The position numbers and the translations under genes were made by a program. Under the pieces are notes generated by a model that was not told where the DNA came from, made no database searches, and saw nothing but the letters and a program-made list of their open reading frames with translations. From assembly GCA_965285935.1 (NCBI GenBank), contig OZ260665.1:40052001-40116000 (forward strand): a stretch of DNA of 64,000 nt, read 5' to 3'. This document shows, in pieces, positions 52,308 to 64,000 of the stretch (its first letter is position 1; every line of letters starts with the position of its first letter). This stretch comes from Ophelia neglecta (taxonomy: Eukaryota).

Positions 52308-53969
52308 GTACGTGCTGCATTCAATAAATCAAAACTATAAGGAAAATGCGTCTTTTAACATTTATAAAGCAATAAGGTGTTGATCTTTTACCATTATTGA
52401 TTATGGAACATCTACTTTTAAATCAAATACTTCGCCGCTTAAGTGCTTATTTTCTAGACTTAGGATGACGTTTGTTAACTAGAATGAGATAGCCAACTCC
52501 ATTAATTTTTTTATAATCACACATTGCAAAATCAATTTTAGGTAACGTATGAGATACGTGGTGTTTTAAATCACTACAGTGACTGTTCATGGTTGCAAAT
52601 AATGTGATACAAACATGATAAAAATGGCGGGAGAGGGAAGTGAAGGTTGAACCATCTTTCTTGTTATCGTTGGTGTGTTTTTTGAAGCATGGCATTTGCT
52701 GCTACGATCGGATTTGCGACTTGTTTGTCAGTCATGACTCATGTAAAAACAGAGTTTGACGAAAATCAAACAATTAGTGCACGTTAATAGAACTTCCTGT
52801 ACAGTACATTGTCGTCTGCGCTGTTATATCGATTTGTTAGAAAAAATGACAATGATACCTTCTCAAAGTCACGTACTCTAGCGATCAAGAGAGGCCAGGT
52901 AATAAAAGGCGGCCCAGGGGGTGCGGGGGGGGGGCGTAAGGGGGTTGGGGAATGCAGACGGGCTGCTAGGCGGGCCTGATAAGTCAAAGACGGCCCTAGG
53001 CGTGCAAGAGGGTTGTAAGGGTGTTGTGGGATACGGACGGGCAGCTCCGTAGAGGCCAGGGAGGGAATGGCTGGGATTGCAATGAAGTTTTGACTGGCGC
53101 TGGCTGCTCCAGTCTTCTGTCAGATCAACACAATATGTCAACCACAATCATTCATTGCTTACTCCTCTTCAGATATTAGTCGCTAATCTTACACACCAAA
53201 CAGAGATTTTTGTATACAAAACTGTTTTAAAACCTGCCTTTCAAGTAGTGATACTGCCTCACACCATATAATTACATACGGTGGTAGCGCTTAGTAACAT
53301 GTCTTCAGCCTTAGACAATTCTAGCGTCTACCGGAAATAGCTACAGGAAATACCTCGGTATGTAGCTTCAGCGCTCTTCCTTCCGAAACCGTTAACAAAA
53401 GGTCAAGACCTTTATCAGGCCCGAGTGTATCCGCCAGCCTGCCATCGGCTGATTCTGGCCTCTAAAAGGTCATTATTGGAATGTTCGCGGGCCAGAGATA
53501 CAAGCGCGTCCCTGCAATCGATCAATGTCATTTCAATGCATATTCCAAAAACTGAAGGTGATTGAACGATCGACCGATGTAACTTGAATCGGAATATAAA
53601 CATTATTGTAAAACACAGGGTCTCCTATCGCAAGTAGATAGTTTTTGCCCTTAGCTAATAGCACACACAGTGAGAATTATACACACCTGTTTGGATTTTC
53701 AAGTGAATGATATAAATGGGATTAAAAATGGTGTGTAGAAGGCTTTGACCGAAACCTAATGGTTTGCGAAAATAAAGTTAATCTAATGCCTTCAATGTCG
53801 TCTATCTTATAGCGTGACAATTATGCTGATTGTTTCAAACAAAAGCTGCATGTCTGCAAAGACACTTCTGCGTTTTACTCATTTTTATTTTATATTCATT
53901 TGATTAAGACGCTTTTCACTGTACAATTTCATCTTGCATTTCATCGTGTTCTGCTGTTCTGTTTCACAG

Positions 53970-54969
53970 CGCGGATGGCAAGTACGAAGTGTCCTACAAG
54001 CCGAATGTGGTCATCTACAGCACGGGAGATGTGCTGTGGATCCCCCCGGCTATCTACAAGTCCTCGTGCACCATAGACGTCGAATACTTCCCATTCGACG
54101 AGCAGGACTGTGAGATGAAATTCGGCTCTTGGACGTTTAACGGCGATCAGGTGGTACTGAATTGGTATGAGGGTCAAGAAAAAGTGGACTTAAGTGACTA
54201 CGTGAAAAGTGGCACCTGGGACATTATAGAATGCCCGGGAAAATATCATTTCACTTATGATAAGACAGAGGACCACCACAAGGCACAGATTACCTTCACA
54301 TTAAAGATACGAAGAAAGACTTTATTTTACACCGTCAATCTGATTATCCCGTGTGTGCTGATTTCCTTTCTCTCCGTTTGCGTGTTCTACCTTCCCGCAG
54401 ACGCCGGGGAGAAAATGACCATGTGTATATCCATCTTGCTCGCCTTGGTGGTGTTTCTGCTGCTGGTCTCCAAGATTTTGCCGCCGACCTCTATCACTAT
54501 ACCCCTGATTGCCAAGTACCTTCTCTTCACATTCATTATGAACATCTTCACTATCCTCATTACTGTGATCATCATCAATTGGAACTTCAGGACCCCGCGG
54601 ACGCACCGCATGCCCAAGTGGGTGCGAGTCGTATTCTTGAACTATCTGCCTCGCATTTTGTTTATGAAAAGGCCCAACCACAACGAACGGTGGGCGAAGA
54701 AATCATACAGTCGGATGCACAATCCTACGTCAGGAACCTCGGATACTAGGCAATATGCTATCAACTCTCGCAATGACTTGCTGGAGCTCTCCGAGATCCA
54801 TCATCCGCATTGTAAAATGAACCGGAAGCCGTCGAACGAGCACGGTGGCCGAGCGGAGACGGAGACTGCCGGAGACTCTGGCTTCCACATGACACCAGAG
54901 ACTCACAAGGCCATTGAGGCTGTCAGGTTCATTGCTGCCCATCTAAAAAACGAGGATGATTACGCCGAG
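53970..54969 (+). CDS. nAChRbeta1: nAChR beta1-like exon 5 (1000 nt): Cys-loop, loops B/C/E/F, M1-M3, cytoplasmic loop and MA helix
   Basis: Overlaps ORF 53989..55002. Acceptor gtttcacag|C completes AAC; donor GAG|gtaggt follows DDYAE. GEK precedes M2 (54406-54414), the cation-selective signature. Confidence 0.97.
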
Positions 54970-57900
54970 GTAGGTCGGCTTATTTCTATCAATCGTTTTT
55001 AAACCCGTGGTGTATCTAGTCCGAAGCATTAAATCAGCCGAAAACTTAGATACACCACACTAAATGTTTTGACTGGTAACGCTGACCTCCACCTTGGCTT
55101 TTATCCACTGGCCTTGGCTGGCTTTTAACCAATTTAAGCATTTTATTGAGTCCTCAAGAGCCTTAAAGCCATTACTTTGTAAAGGTTTTGAATCCTCCTT
55201 TCGTCCTTCCAATATCTTATTAAAGAATGTATTAATTGTGTAAACTTGTTTATGGAGTGTCTTCTGTCTTTGAGTGCATGCATGGTTTTACTATATGATT
55301 CAAGGTTTCTTAAATTACGTTCTATATATAATGCCAAAATTTCAGAATTGCAAATTACTCGGAAATGCTGAATTTACATTGGGAATATCAAATAGTACTT
55401 GGCACTGCATCCCCCCAACCCTTACCCCTATCCCCACCCTACCCGAGTAAATCCTTCCAGGAATCTGCTTGTTTTATGTTGCTTGGTGCTTGGCCATTTA
55501 ATGACGACCATTTTGTGATCTAGTTGCTTAAGTGGCTTGTGGGGATTCTTGCTGTTGCTACATGCGCCTAGATAGCCTAATGTTTTGTTGCCATGCATAA
55601 GCGATACCATGCAAAATGTATTGAGACATGTAAATGTGTTAATTTCGTTGGGATGCAACCATTAGAAGAGCAAGCAATGCATTGAGATTGCATGTCACTT
55701 CCTTTGCTTTTCTATATTGCGTATATTGCAAGCTACATTTTCAAGTTTCTCTACAGGTTTATTGAATTTTGTGTCTGACAGTGATAATATATCTATGCAA
55801 AAAAGTCCATCTCTTTTGTTTTCCCTCCGTTTCTAAGTTTATAGAACAGGTATCAAATAATCCTAGCCAATTTTCATTATTTAATATTTCCTAGGGGTAA
55901 ACACACGCCTTAAATGGCAAAACTTTAAAAAGTGTAATCTGATTCAACATTGGCCAAAATCCAGACCTAATGACAATGTGTGGAAGGGATGGAGTTTATT
56001 GTATCCTTCTTTTCTATTATGATGGAGGAACTAATCAAGTGGCCACTCATATCCTATCGCTATAAATGCTGCTATTTCTATGGATAGTATTAGTAACCAC
56101 CTTGCATCTGTGATAATAAGTTTAATGAATAAACACAATTTGAATGAACCATGGGTATGCACAAACAAAGGTATGCTTTCATTCTGCAAAATTGTAATAT
56201 ATTTCCAATATTATAACGAGGATTGACGCTGGAACTCATTGTCAGGGTTCGATGAGGTTTGTCAATTCAGATGACAGGCTATTCAGCATGATAATCTCGA
56301 AAATCATAGCGCCATACCCCTTTAAAACATTTTATCATCCTTTTTTACAATTGTCTTCGAATGAGCGAAAATTTAAATATTTGCCCTTCTTGCCAAATGT
56401 TTTGTTCTTTATACACGCATTATTCACAATGGAATATATTCTGTTAATATGTCTTTTTATTGCTCAGTGAAACAGTTTCGTTGTATTTTGTCGAGCAAAG
56501 TGCCTTTAAACAGTTCGTCTTTCCTCAAAGTTATATTGATTAATTGAACCAGCTTGTGTGCGGATTGTGTTGTCAATGACTTTCTCGCCGGGGAGGATGA
56601 GATCTTAATATCCCTGAAATTCGAATTAAACCCGCATGTCAGCCTCGTTTTCTATTAGACTCCCCTCAACGCTGACTGTATCAGACCAGCTTTATTTAAT
56701 TTCTCGACCGCTTTGCGAGTTCGACCCTGAAAAGCTGTGATTCCCATTATTAATTACCTCCTAAAGTCAGGTTACTGCGATAAAAAAAAAACCTGACAAA
56801 CACTGTAATACAAACAGTAAAGCCCTGCCGCTTGACATTGACAGCATTGCCTAATGCAGAGCTTAACCAAAAATGGTGTTCTTTAAGCGTCAGCCTCTTG
56901 GCCAGTGAACCCGTACTTGCAATGCTAGTTACTCTAAGCCTCATCCATGTAAGCCGTATTAAATGTTTCTTGTGGTAGCAAATCGTTTCCCTTCTAGCGC
57001 TGATGGATGTCAAGGCACTTTGTCTTCTCAGCACGTTTAAATTGTATATTTTGCTCGTTTTGTAGGCGAGGATTATAGAAGTATAAATTTTGCCTCCAGT
57101 ACTAGGCCTATGAATTATACTCTGGATGGTCGACAAAGTTCAGGATATGGCCAATAGGCTAACTAATGAAGCCACGGTGTTTTGCTTGCGTTTGAATGTT
57201 AAACCAGCCCAGTATAGGTCCAATAGTTCTCAGAAACTCTTTTTTCAATTGGATCATCAATCAAAGATGTCACAAGCTACCTCGTGTCTCTGTCCTCTTT
57301 TCGTAAGAAATGAGGCTAAGCGGTTATAGGTACATCACAGCTTCCGTCAATCAAAAGACGATGAAATCCTTGTGATTGCATTGTCATAACACGAGGTAAA
57401 GTTTCATTTTGAATTCGTGATTGGTTTGGTTGGCCTAGGTCGTTCTAGAACTAAAAGAATGCTGATTGTTTGAGACTTTCCTTCGCCCGTCAAGCAGTAC
57501 ACCCTTAAGTATTTTCATAAAATAATCAACGACTGGTCAATAACTGAGGCTTCGCGAAGTCAGTAGCCGGAGTGGTCTCCGAAAGGGGACAAATTTGCTT
57601 TTGCTTTTAGACTAAGTGGTCGTCTGCGCAGCGTCCAGTTGATAATATAGTCATTACCACATAATCCAGTGGATATCTCGTGCCTCTCGAACGATAACAA
57701 GTATTTCCGGTCGTCTGGGTGGAAATGGAAAGTTATAATCCTTGAAAGTTATCGTCCAATTCTAAGTTTGCCCGATGGCGTTTCAGGTAATAACATCGCC
57801 AATACAAGCTAGAGTGGTGGGCTGATCGGCATCAGGCACCAATCTCTGTTGTCCGGACGGTGTCTGACCAACTCATCGCTAACTTAGAAAGACAGTCGTG

Positions 57901-58145
57901 CTACTTCATCAACATCTTCCTGCACGTCTCCATTTATTATCGCGCACAATGTGCGTGTTTTAAAAGAGTTACAGTCATAAATTAATAAGAAAAGTGGCGC
58001 TTTCTTGATGTACACAGTTTGGGAACTAAACTGAAATTTGTATGAAGGCTCATGGATGTATCTAGGCCGTACAATGTTTAAAGGGTCATATGTGCATAGC
58101 TTGTCTAACTTTATTGTATTATATCGGTTATCATATGCATGTACT

Positions 58146-58215
58146 GTATATATACACACACACACATAAGCATACACACGTATATAAATATAATATATAT
58201 AGGTCTATATATACT
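58146..58215. repeat. Mixed (TA)n/(CA)n low-complexity tract
   Basis: Seen directly. Confidence 0.7.
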
Positions 58216-58470
58216 TTATTACCTCCATGTACTGAAGGGGACAGGCAGAGGCGATGTCATACTAGCCGAAGATATATTGAATTAATTCTTTACTTCTCAA
58301 GGCTACATTTTGATTTCATAAACTACATTATTAGTCACAAGTCGTAAACGTAGTAGTAAATGTGTGGTTTATGGATTTCAGGCCAGGTTCTGGTATCTGT
58401 AGTTAATTATATAAGCCTACGTCTAACTTAGCAGCGAACGAAAAATAACCGAGCTTAAATTTAGATACCT

Positions 58471-58521
58471 GGAGGAGGGGGAGGAAGGAGGAGGAGAAGG
58501 AAGGGGGTGGGGGGGGGGGGG
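58471..58521 (+). repeat. Polypurine (GGA)n-like tract ending in poly-G
   Basis: ggaggagggggaggaaggaggaggagaaggaagggggtgggggg... Confidence 0.8.
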
Positions 58522-60923
58522 TGGACGATCACTTTGTAACAAATTTATTTTCATTAGTTGACCTTTTTTAGACGTGTTAGTTATTCCAATAAATCCCCCT
58601 CTTTACCAAACAATGTTTCTTCTGTGATAGCCGTCGCAGGTTATTTGAATAAGCATGCACATGATCTGCAAGGTTAAGCAAGGGACCCATTGCTGGAGCC
58701 CTGAATTATAAAAATATGTTGGCCCAAGTCTCGGGGGTACAATGGTTTGTCCATACGACGATGATTTAGACTCTCCAGAGCGCCTGTCAGACACGTACGT
58801 GCACAACAACGGCCATTTCCTGACTTACATCTTAAAGTTATGTTCAATATTTCAGACCAGATTTCAGAACTCCAACTCAGATGATACCTACATTCCTAAA
58901 AGTACATCATTGCAATAATCGGGCACCTTGAGGTCACTCTACCCATGGGCTATCTACAAAGTTTTGCTAATGGCTCCTAATTATCGATCGCACATACCTG
59001 CTGCAATTTCTTTTAACAACCAAGGTGTGGGATTGTAATTCTTGGCATACCTCATCAAAACAACATGCACCCCGGGCAGTCAGATATGGGCGAGCAAAAG
59101 AGAGCTTTCCAGTGTCCCGGTGCCCTCTTAGCTGTGAGCATATTAACCCACAGACTCCGCTGTTGCTGCCGACTAAATTGGCAATCTAGCGCCCAGGAGC
59201 TCATAGGGGATGAATTCAAGATCTTGGAACGGGATAAAGGTGTAGTTCACTAAAGCCCTCTCGGTGATTAGTGGAGTTGGAAAGATAAATGAGGCTGTTG
59301 CACGTTTTAAATGAGGCGGACGATTGAGCCGTCGGACGAATATTACCTCCCCCAGCGAAACATGTCAAGTTTCCGTAACTCGTTCAGTCCGGCGGCATTT
59401 GTGGAAAAACCTAAGCATGAAGACCACTACTTGCCAAAAAAAAATTAAAACATGACTAGGACGAGTGTTATACTGATCATTAAAATTACACCAACGGCCC
59501 TGGACAGACCTTCACATGGCTTTTAGCACCCCGGAGAGGGGCTGGGTTTACAATTGATCTCTTGGTTCATTGTTCTTTTCCTGATAATTATTAGCCCACC
59601 GTGTTCTTGCTTCCCCGTCGCGGGGCCTCCTCAGAGCTGGATGCTCCATCCTTTGGCAATAAATCTATCAGTCTCGTAGCTCCAGCTTCCTTGCGCCCTT
59701 TTTTCCCCACCTACAACGCGGGCTCAGTCTAGAATTATCTAGGCCCGTTTCCACGGCCAGCACTCATGGTACTTTGGGGATGTTTATTTCTTTTTACACG
59801 GTATAACTAGAATGTGTAGATGGATACAAATATTATGTCTGCCAGACAGATGTATGCTTAGGATTGTGGTATACATACATGCATGTAAATATTTTGAGCT
59901 GACATACTCAAGTGCATAACATTATGCCACCCTCCATTCTATATCATGGGGCAGACTACTAGTTGTACTTTTCACGTTAAATGGCCTCTCATCGACAGTA
60001 AAGGTGGCCACTCAAATAATCTCCCTGCACTAGACAGTGTTCTTCATGTTTCGAATTTTTGAAATGAAAGCGCCAAACCACAAGCGATGTTGGCAGAGGA
60101 AGTAGGCTCCAGTAGGCAAAACAAGATCTGCTTTGTCGAATCGGTTAGTTTCGAACTAGTCTATGATGTAGTGATAAATGTATGACATTGGTGCATGTTT
60201 CATACAACTACAATTGACGATGATAAATAATGATTTTCCTTAACTCATCATAAAGCTGTCTTGCCTAAGGATTGCTATAACCGAACACATGTGAAGTGTT
60301 AATCATACTTATAATGGGTTCAGGTTTTGTCCGCCTGGTGTTCGTTTTGCCAATCCGCCGTGGACTGCCGACGGATCTTTTTTCTTTGATTTTCTTAGAT
60401 CTTTTGGTTTATACTGTTGTGCCGGATTGCTGGTATAAGCATATCCGCCATTCGTTGCTTATTTCGAAAAGTATTATCCGTTTCTTTTTCAATTATATTT
60501 GTAACAAAAAGCTTAATGGTAGAACACAATCTTGACATATGTGCCCAAGTCTGTGTGTTGTTTACTGTACGAAACCCTTAAGCTAGCCGTGTTTTTCTAG
60601 CCATCCGGTGTTAATTAGGTCTTTCCTTTACCTGTACCTGTTCCCAGGTAAACTCCACCTTGTGATAAGATCTATTGCGTCTGATACCTGTTCGAGGCAG
60701 TGTTTTACTCAGAGCAAAGCAATTAACTAAGCAGTGGAGGAGCGTTGACGAATGCATGTTGGCTGCACTTTGAGGCGGGAGAGTTTAGCTCCACCGGGCA
60801 GGGTCGCTGTGGAGTCTGTATTTTTCTTGGTGTGTTATTATGTGTGTATAACGACCCGAGAACATAGCATGCATTCCCGCCAACTAGCTGCCACAGTTCG
60901 CCTGCCCTGGTTCACCCCCTCAA

Positions 60924-60937
60924 GTTACCATGGAAAC
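60924..60937. promoter_or_regulatory. RFX X-box-type motif GTTACCATGGAAAC
   Basis: Near-palindromic X-box match inside a GC-richer island of intron 5. Motif match only. Confidence 0.35.
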
Positions 60938-63900
60938 GCGCAATAGACAACCCACGGGGGTTGTTCTGGCGAAAAGCCTTGGTTTCTTCTGATCTGTGAT
61001 CACGAGAGCATAGTCCACCTGGACAATCTAAACACACTTTAACCACTCTCATTGTAACCAGAGTATTGCCGTCCAGGAGGAGGCTATAGGCCGGAAAATT
61101 GTTTGGAAAACGATCACCCCTAAGAAAAACAGCAGACGCTTCCCGGTAATTTAACAGTCGCTCAAGAATAAGAGGAGGTGCCAGATTTGCTTGGACTTCC
61201 CTGCCCTTCTGACCCTCAGAGAGAAAATGCTCTAGTCTGAAAATGGTAACTGATTCCACCTGGTAACATATATACACCCCGTTTGTTGAAAACTAATAGA
61301 ATTCGTCCGTGCCTGTATGAAAAGGGGAGATGTTGATGGGAATTTCTTAGAAAGTTTTCCAATGCGGCAACCTAATCTGGCCCGTTGATTGCCGACGGCA
61401 GGCATGGTCCATCCATCAGGGGCTAACTCCAAAGCCTTCCTGTTACGTCTGCCGGCTCAGCTCGGATGCCACCAACTACCCTCTCAATCTGCAGGTTTCC
61501 CCAACAAAGCCACTAGATTTTTTTTATGCAACTGTGATATCTTCCAATGGGTGCGGAAAAATAGTTTTCCTAACCAGGTGTAACAGGCGCATAAAACGTT
61601 TGTGTACTGACAACATCTAATGAAGTGGAGCATTTTCTGGCTTTTAATAACAAGCCCCGATAGCAATGAACCGGTAAGTAGCGATCTCCTGAACCACCGT
61701 ACCAATGTGGGTGCAAAATCTTACCGCAAGAAAACAAAACCTGATTTCAATTGTTGGGCGAAGGCAATATTTTGTTTGACATTGAATGATAATCGTATTT
61801 GGGGGAGAGCAGATTGCCTGGCACAAGTCTATGTGTGTGGCAAGGTGCCTTGCTGTTGAGAAGAGGGAGCATGGCGCGTAGGGATCACTACAGTCAACTG
61901 CTAGAGTGCGTAATCCGGTTATTGCCAAGCCAACATCCCAGGTTTTCTCAACACCTTGGCTGTCTCAGCTATCCTCTTTGGTAATCATGTCCCTCGGATT
62001 TTCCTACAGACGTTCAGCGAATACTCCATTAGCACATAGGCGTCTTGATGTAACAAATCCCTTGGCAGCCAATTGGCCTATCAAAGGTCACAGCCTCTTG
62101 CCGGCGGCGATTTAAGAGTCCTTCCACCATTTCTGATCTTAGAAATTGTCACAAGGATGTTATCAACTCTCTTGTAATGTCCCCTGTTAGGTCGTCTGCT
62201 CTGAGTCTCGTCGCTCCAACTTTTGTTATACCTGTTTAAGTGTTGCCTCTCATGAATAAAAGGACATCATATGGTTCGTTACTTAAAATGATAAAGAATG
62301 GGATTAATTTCAGGTCACTTTCTTGCCTTTACTATTTCTTGTTCCCTTAGATACTGTGAGAAATTCGTTTTCTTCAACTTAATGTTGCCGTATAGAATTT
62401 GCATTATTTGAGGACATTTTGTGATGATATTACGATATATAAAAATATGCAAAGCCTTACCACAATACCATGGAATATGTTGGCGTTAAGCTGGATCTTA
62501 GTTTTAATGTACATGTATATAACCTCTGTAGTCTTAAGACTTTTCAAGATGGACGCCAGGACAAAGAACCGATCTTTCTGTCTAACCACTGAGAGCGTTA
62601 CATTCATTTTCCTGATTGTTCCAATACCTTTTACCAATAAAATGCTGGATTGCATCACTGCTCGTGACGCAAAGTGAGTTGTGAAAAGTCATCATGCATT
62701 GGTGTACCACTCGGTGCGTGCTTGGTAGAAATACACAATCTCAGAAAAAGACAGTAGATGATACCTATATTGAGCTCGAGAGCGTCAGGTAAGAGCGGGC
62801 AGATACGGGCGTCGCTGGGGTGAACCCGGTCTGGACTATCACAATGAGAACGTCTTCATGACAAGAGTATGCCAATTCCCTTGAAATACAATTCGTAGGT
62901 ACTTGCAATCAGATTTTCAACTTTTATTGTTGAGATCACCAAAATAGACCAACGTATAGCTTCAATGGCTTTTTTCAAACAGTCAGTTCCATATTACATA
63001 TCATATATTTGAAGTAAAGGTAAATTTTTATAACATTATATATAAGACATTGTATTATATAGGCATGAAGCCATTTTCTCCGTGATTGTTTGCCACCGCA
63101 TGATCGAAATAAGAGGTTTTACCCATTCTCTAACTATCTAATCTGACTTCCGTCTATTAAGGTACTACGTATAAAGTTTATTTGAAGCCTTATGTTCGGA
63201 AGAAAACATTGTTGGAAGCCAATGCATGTAACGAGCAGTAGCCTTCAGACATTTCATTCTTCGCAGCTCACATTATATCAATAAAATTAAAGAAATCTCC
63301 AACAAATCATCCTTTGGATGGTTCCCAGGCGGCTGAACATCATGAAAAATAGCTTTATAATTGAATTGAATTAGTTTAACTGACCTTTAACGTTAAAATG
63401 TACAGATTAATTTATATACATAATCAGGCCTCGACGCCAGCAAAGCTCCAGGCTGTGTCGCTGGCTGCCCTGGTATGTAATATTATACATATATAATACA
63501 CAATAGATCAACAGAAGGAGAAAACAAGGAAGCAAATTGAGTTCATCAGATGGAAAGGGTACATTATTCGTGCTTCTCCTGTGCATCTTGACAATTTGAC
63601 AGTGAAATATAACAAAAAATAACGCTAAAACGTCCAGCTAATACACCATTCTTTAGTTGAACAGCCAAACTTTCATTAAATTTTTGCTCTGCCACAAATA
63701 AACGTAAAGACCTAGCCTTGGAACAATCCATTTTTTTTCTGGACCTGGAGAGACGACGCTGGAGACCCACTGTATCGTGGAATGCATGCCAGTGAAGACA
63801 TCATCTCTGCCACAGCCACAAAGGACATGGCTGACATTGGTGTATTACTAAACATATAACATACATAAAGGTCACTGTTTCTTTATTATATATAACTTTT

Positions 63901-64000
63901 ACCCCTTTAAGATGAAGTTCCTCTAATTTCATAAGCATGTGATGCCTTTAGTGAGATACTGTGGGAGCAGGTGTTAAAGGCCTAACAGAAGTTCACAGAT

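Larger units (their letters stand above)
8539..54969 (+). other. nAChRbeta1: Nicotinic acetylcholine receptor non-alpha subunit gene, beta1-like; 5 coding exons visible, 3' partial (M4 exon outside window)
   Basis: Spliced translation gives a signal peptide, SDDEVRL..GYNPLIRPV, DEKNQIMKSNVWLRM, WKPDIVLFNNADG, Cys-loop CTIDVEYFPFDEQDC, M1-M3 and the MA helix (KAIEAVRFIAAHLKNED). There is no vicinal Cys-Cys in loop C. Splice phases (1,0,0,2,0) are mutually compatible. Confidence 0.95.

Noticed and set aside
54322-54942. Antisense and alternate-frame ORFs over exon 5
   Set aside because: Shadows of the real coding exon.

Overview
AT-rich animal genomic DNA, not prokaryotic. The window is dominated by one large + strand gene: a non-alpha nicotinic acetylcholine receptor subunit closely matching arthropod nAChR beta1 (unc-29/lev-1-like group). 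Five coding exons join in frame with canonical GT-AG sites: 8539-8623, 18693-18835, 36534-36578, 52198-52307 and 53970-54969 (1383 nt, 461 codons). The exon encoding M4 was not found and presumably lies beyond 64000. The introns are long (about 10.1, 17.7, 15.6, 1.7 and >9 kb). They contain a 1.9-kb 39-bp minisatellite with higher-order structure, a 136-N assembly gap, simple repeats, G-rich tracts and several GC-rich islands. Two islands in intron 3 fold by eye into extensive sense-strand structures. A few minus-strand islands in intron 2 look exon-like and could belong to a nested antisense gene, which is speculative. I found no supportable tRNA, rRNA, CRISPR array or intact transposon. A non-insect protostome (probably lophotrochozoan) source is an inference. 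I cannot claim a novel system here; the findings are leads.
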